DNA from: Antedon mediterranea
Taxonomy: Eukaryota; Animalia; Echinodermata
DNA length: 64,000 nucleotides
Direction of reading: 5' to 3'
Assembly: GCF_964355755.1 (NCBI RefSeq)
Contig: NC_092671.1
Span: 20,832,001 to 20,896,000 of the forward strand
This document shows positions 60,463-64,000 of this stretch, piece after piece; position 1 is the first letter of the stretch; every line of letters starts with the position of its first letter. Position numbers and translations under genes: made by a program. A model generated the notes under the pieces. That model searched no databases, had not been told where the DNA came from, and worked only from the letters and a program-made list of their open reading frames with translations.

Positions 60463-61565
60463 CATCTAGGTCGTGCCCACAGATGGTTCTCGAATACATA
60501 GTTATTTCAGCGTTAAAAAATTGGCAACTTCAAATGTACATGCAGGACAATAATACATGTTGTTTACAGGAACGAATAAATTAACACGGTGATTTATGTA
60601 CTCAACTAAAATTAGCACCCTGGGAATTACTTCCGAAAGAGAAACTTGTCAATTGTTTTGAAACAAACTGAATTTGTGTTTTTGTGAGGGTTGAGGGATG
60701 GGGAAGAGGATGGGTGCAAAGACGTACAATTTTTAAATATATTCTTTATCCATTTAGTAACGAAATATTGATTGTTTTCATGTTTTACAAATAATATACC
60801 ACTAAACCATGGAGGTATTTATACCTCCATGACTAAACACAGTAAAACATTGCTATTTAATACTTTGTTGAAACTGTCACCGTATAGTCGATTGAAATAG
60901 TACAGTACATGTAACGATACATCACTAATACAACGTTTATATTTTTTTGTACAGTAATTTTACATTATTAATTAATTAAACGTTCAGAAGGAACTGTCAG
61001 TAATAAAGTAAACAACTCTATTCGGGGAAAATCGTAAATTCGCTTTGATCGTCAATAAATAATTATCTAACTTAGAGCCAATTCATACTTAAGTTGGTTC
61101 CTAACCACCAAAGTTGTTCTGCGTTTAGGGCATGTGATCCTTTGTACTGTACGCCTGTCCTCTACTGGCTTTACAACGCTACTCATGCCAGTGAGAAGAG
61201 GGTGAGGGGAGGGTGGTGGTGTGGGTGGTGGTTTAACTGCAATAATAAAGATGACTGTACATAATAGACGGCGACTGGAAAGGCTAGCTCATTATCCGTT
61301 TAAAAAAATACCTATAACCAACCTCTGCAGCACAGATTGGATAAAATGGATCGAATTTCTGTTGTGACTGTACAGTACTTGTCTTTACGACGCCTGAGGG
61401 AATAGACACTTGTGGAACAGAGATTGGAATGTTCCATTTATCGCAGATCAAAACAGTTGTATAAATGTATATTAAATCTATCAAAATAGTATTTTTTAAA
61501 GAAAATCGGCCTGTCTTCAACATTATTATACTGTACTCGAGCTGTTCAACCGGTTTTCAGCTATT
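60463..61565 (-). repeat. Second, inverted copy of the 56885-58000 repeat
   Basis: Same blocks as the 56885-58000 entry, in reverse complement with rearranged block order. Confidence 0.75.
60808..60831. mobile_element. 24-bp palindrome with 7-bp TSD (P-element-like footprint)
   Basis: ACTAAAC|CATGGAGGTAT-TT-ATACCTCCATG|ACTAAAC. Confidence 0.7.
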
Positions 61566-61573
61566 AAAAACAA

Positions 61574-64000
61574 CTAGAATTTAATTCGTCACTTTGACGA
61601 ATTATAGGTGATCATTTTTATCATTTTAATAAAATTAACATTTTTTAAACATGCATGTACGTTAACATACGATCGTTAAAAGTTGATGTACGCCATCCTA
61701 TGACATGATTGCTATACACTTATAGTGCTAAGTTCTACCTATGTGTCATACAATATGTACAGTATATACTGTATATATATACAGTGTAGCATAGGTGAAA
61801 TTACGGGACTCATATCGTGTTCTAATTTTTTGGTATGATGGAATTTTCAAAATAAACTCGAAGATGACAATTTCGAAAGATAATGAATTGAGCAAATAAA
61901 TATAAGGATTGGAAGAAAATTTGACACGTAGAAGCGCAATGCGCGGTCTTTGAAATTTGTATAACGTTGACTAAAGAAATTTAAAAACTACTTTTTAACT
62001 TCAACTGGCCATATGATAACATCACAACATCCGATAGGCTTAATTTTAATATGAATTCATATCTACATTTCATCAGCTTTCATAATAAGTTATAATCTTC
62101 AAGGTCACCTTTAATTCTGAAGAGCTATAAGATATTCAAATGTATGGTGTAGCTGAAATTACACGACCTAGGTTATTCAAGTTTTTACGCGTGATGACGT
62201 CATCAAAATAAAAATGTTGACAACTCATTAGAAGAATAATCAATTGAGCAAGCACATACTAAAAGTTGTGCGAAAATCGGGCTCAAATAACGGAGATGTG
62301 CTCTATTGAATGTGATAACCCACACAAAAAGATAAAAATTTCTAATTTTTAAATTCAAGTGGCCATTTGATGACGTCATACCATTTTGTACGTCTAATGT
62401 GTATATACATTTGTATCTACAACTTATTGGCTTCCATAATAAGTTAAAAAAATTGGGGGTCACCTGCCATTCTGAAGAGTTATATTCATTTTAAAAAGTC
62501 CTTATTTTTTACCATTTTTAGCACTTTTGTACAATTAGTGTGCGCATTTTGTCATTTTTAACGTGCTCGTATAGCGTTATTTTAAGTCGGAATGGACTCA
62601 AAATTGGTGAATGTACTAAGGATTGTGAGTAGAATGTGATTTATACATCAAATTTTATTTTTTACGCATTTTAAGAATCGTGCGCACAAAAACGAATTTT
62701 TGCGCAGTAATTTTTTGAAACGCGCAAATGGCCTAATTCATGCTCTAAATTGATCAAAACCTAATTTTGCGCGTTTTAAATTTTTAACGCGCGATTTCAC
62801 GTGCATGACCTTGAAACGCGCAACTTTTTATTTGCTAATATTTTTACCCTTGACCTGAAGTTTACCTGTAGTGAATTTCATTAAGATGTCATAATGAATT
62901 ACGGAGATATGATTGATAATGTGATTTCACAAAATGGCGTATAAATGACGTCACGGATGAGTGATCACGCTGGAAAGCTGATTAGGATTAAGTTATATTA
63001 TTTGAAAGATATTCTGAAATTTTGGTAATCATTGACATTAAACTTTTTGAGATAATTGTTACCCAAAATAGTGTACAGAAACAATAAAAAGAAACTAGAC
63101 ATGAAACTCGTCACATTGACGAGTTAGTTATCCGCACCACGACAAACGCCACGTGCACGTCATAAGTTGGAATATTGCACACAGATAAAGATTATGGAAT
63201 TATGACAAGAACTGAAGAATATGATATGCTGTTAGTGCTGAATTCTGTCAATTTTGTGTCATATAGTATATACGGTACATGCAAACAGTATAATCTGTAT
63301 ACATATTACATACAGTGTAGAATAGGTGAAATTACGGGACCCGCCATTTATTCCAATTTTTAACATGGCGACGGTATCAAAATGAAACACTTAGATAACA
63401 ATTTCAGAAGGAAATAATCTCAGGAACAACATATTAATGTGTAGAAGAAATTTGAATACGTAAAATATAGATGCGCACCATTTTAAATGTGATGAACTAT
63501 TACGCAAAATATGAAAATACATCTTTTTTTATTCAACTGGCCATATGATGATGTCACAACATCCGATTGGCAAAATGTTTACATGAATTCGTATCTACAA
63601 TCCAATAGCTTCCAGAAAACGTTTTAATCGTGATTATCACATTTTATTCTGATGAGCTATAACAGATTAAAATTTACTGTAAAGATAAATATAAGTGACC
63701 CACACTATTTACATTTTTAGACATGATGACGTCATAAAAATTAAAAAAATTTTTACTCTTGCGTAAGATAGTTGATTGACCTAGAAAATTTCAAAATCTG
63801 GGTTAAAATGGAATACGGATAAGTGGAGAGGCGCTCTATTAAATGAGATGCGCTATGACGAAAGATACAAAAATCCTATATTTTATATTCGCGTGGCCAT
63901 ACGATGACGTCACAATGTCCTGTTTGCCATATCAATGCATGATTCCTTATCTACAACTTATCATCTTCCTGGATATGTAATTTAAACAAAGTTCATCTCG
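61574..64000 (-). mobile_element. Two chained Helentron-type copies (family A-related)
   Basis: 3' ends at 61574 (CTAG..aattcgtcactttgacgaatt) and 63095 (CTAG..aactcgtcacattgacgagtt.gttatccgc); bodies homologous to 5856-6960 and 25663-27840. Confidence 0.82.

Noticed and set aside
60032-60469. 145-aa and 100-aa overlapping ORFs
   Set aside because: No recognisable domain; they run through a GTTT/GTCT low-complexity tract; no phase-compatible STARD3 exon could be placed here.
61195-61235. G-rich tract as a functional G-quadruplex (also 60685-60715)
   Set aside because: Lies within interspersed repeat sequence; nothing indicates function.

Overview
AT-rich eukaryotic genomic DNA, probably a marine invertebrate (inference); it is not prokaryotic. 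The window holds the 3' part of one intact host gene on the minus strand, a STARD3/MLN64-type cholesterol transfer protein. I reconstructed 8 coding exons by eye (59728 down to the stop at 3013). All introns are GT-AG with consistent phases, and the exons cover the end of the MENTAL domain, an FFAT-like linker and a complete START domain. The introns (up to ~22 kb) are filled with nested transposons: several Helentron-type non-autonomous rolling-circle families, one canonical Helitron, two decayed Gypsy elements, a DIRS element, several CR1/L2-like LINEs, a Penelope remnant with a hammerhead-like motif, and hAT-, Harbinger-, Kolobok- and Tc1/pogo-type TIR elements. Most ORFs in the supplied track are spurious or TE fragments. 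The most notable structures are (1) Helentron copies inserted into the microsatellite of earlier copies, forming Russian-doll chains, (2) a tRNA-like Pol III head inside a Helentron, (3) a 24-bp P-element-like footprint whose empty site is also in the window, and (4) a probable splice-donor shift in the START domain. TE superfamily calls rest on termini, TSDs and motifs only; no database search was run.
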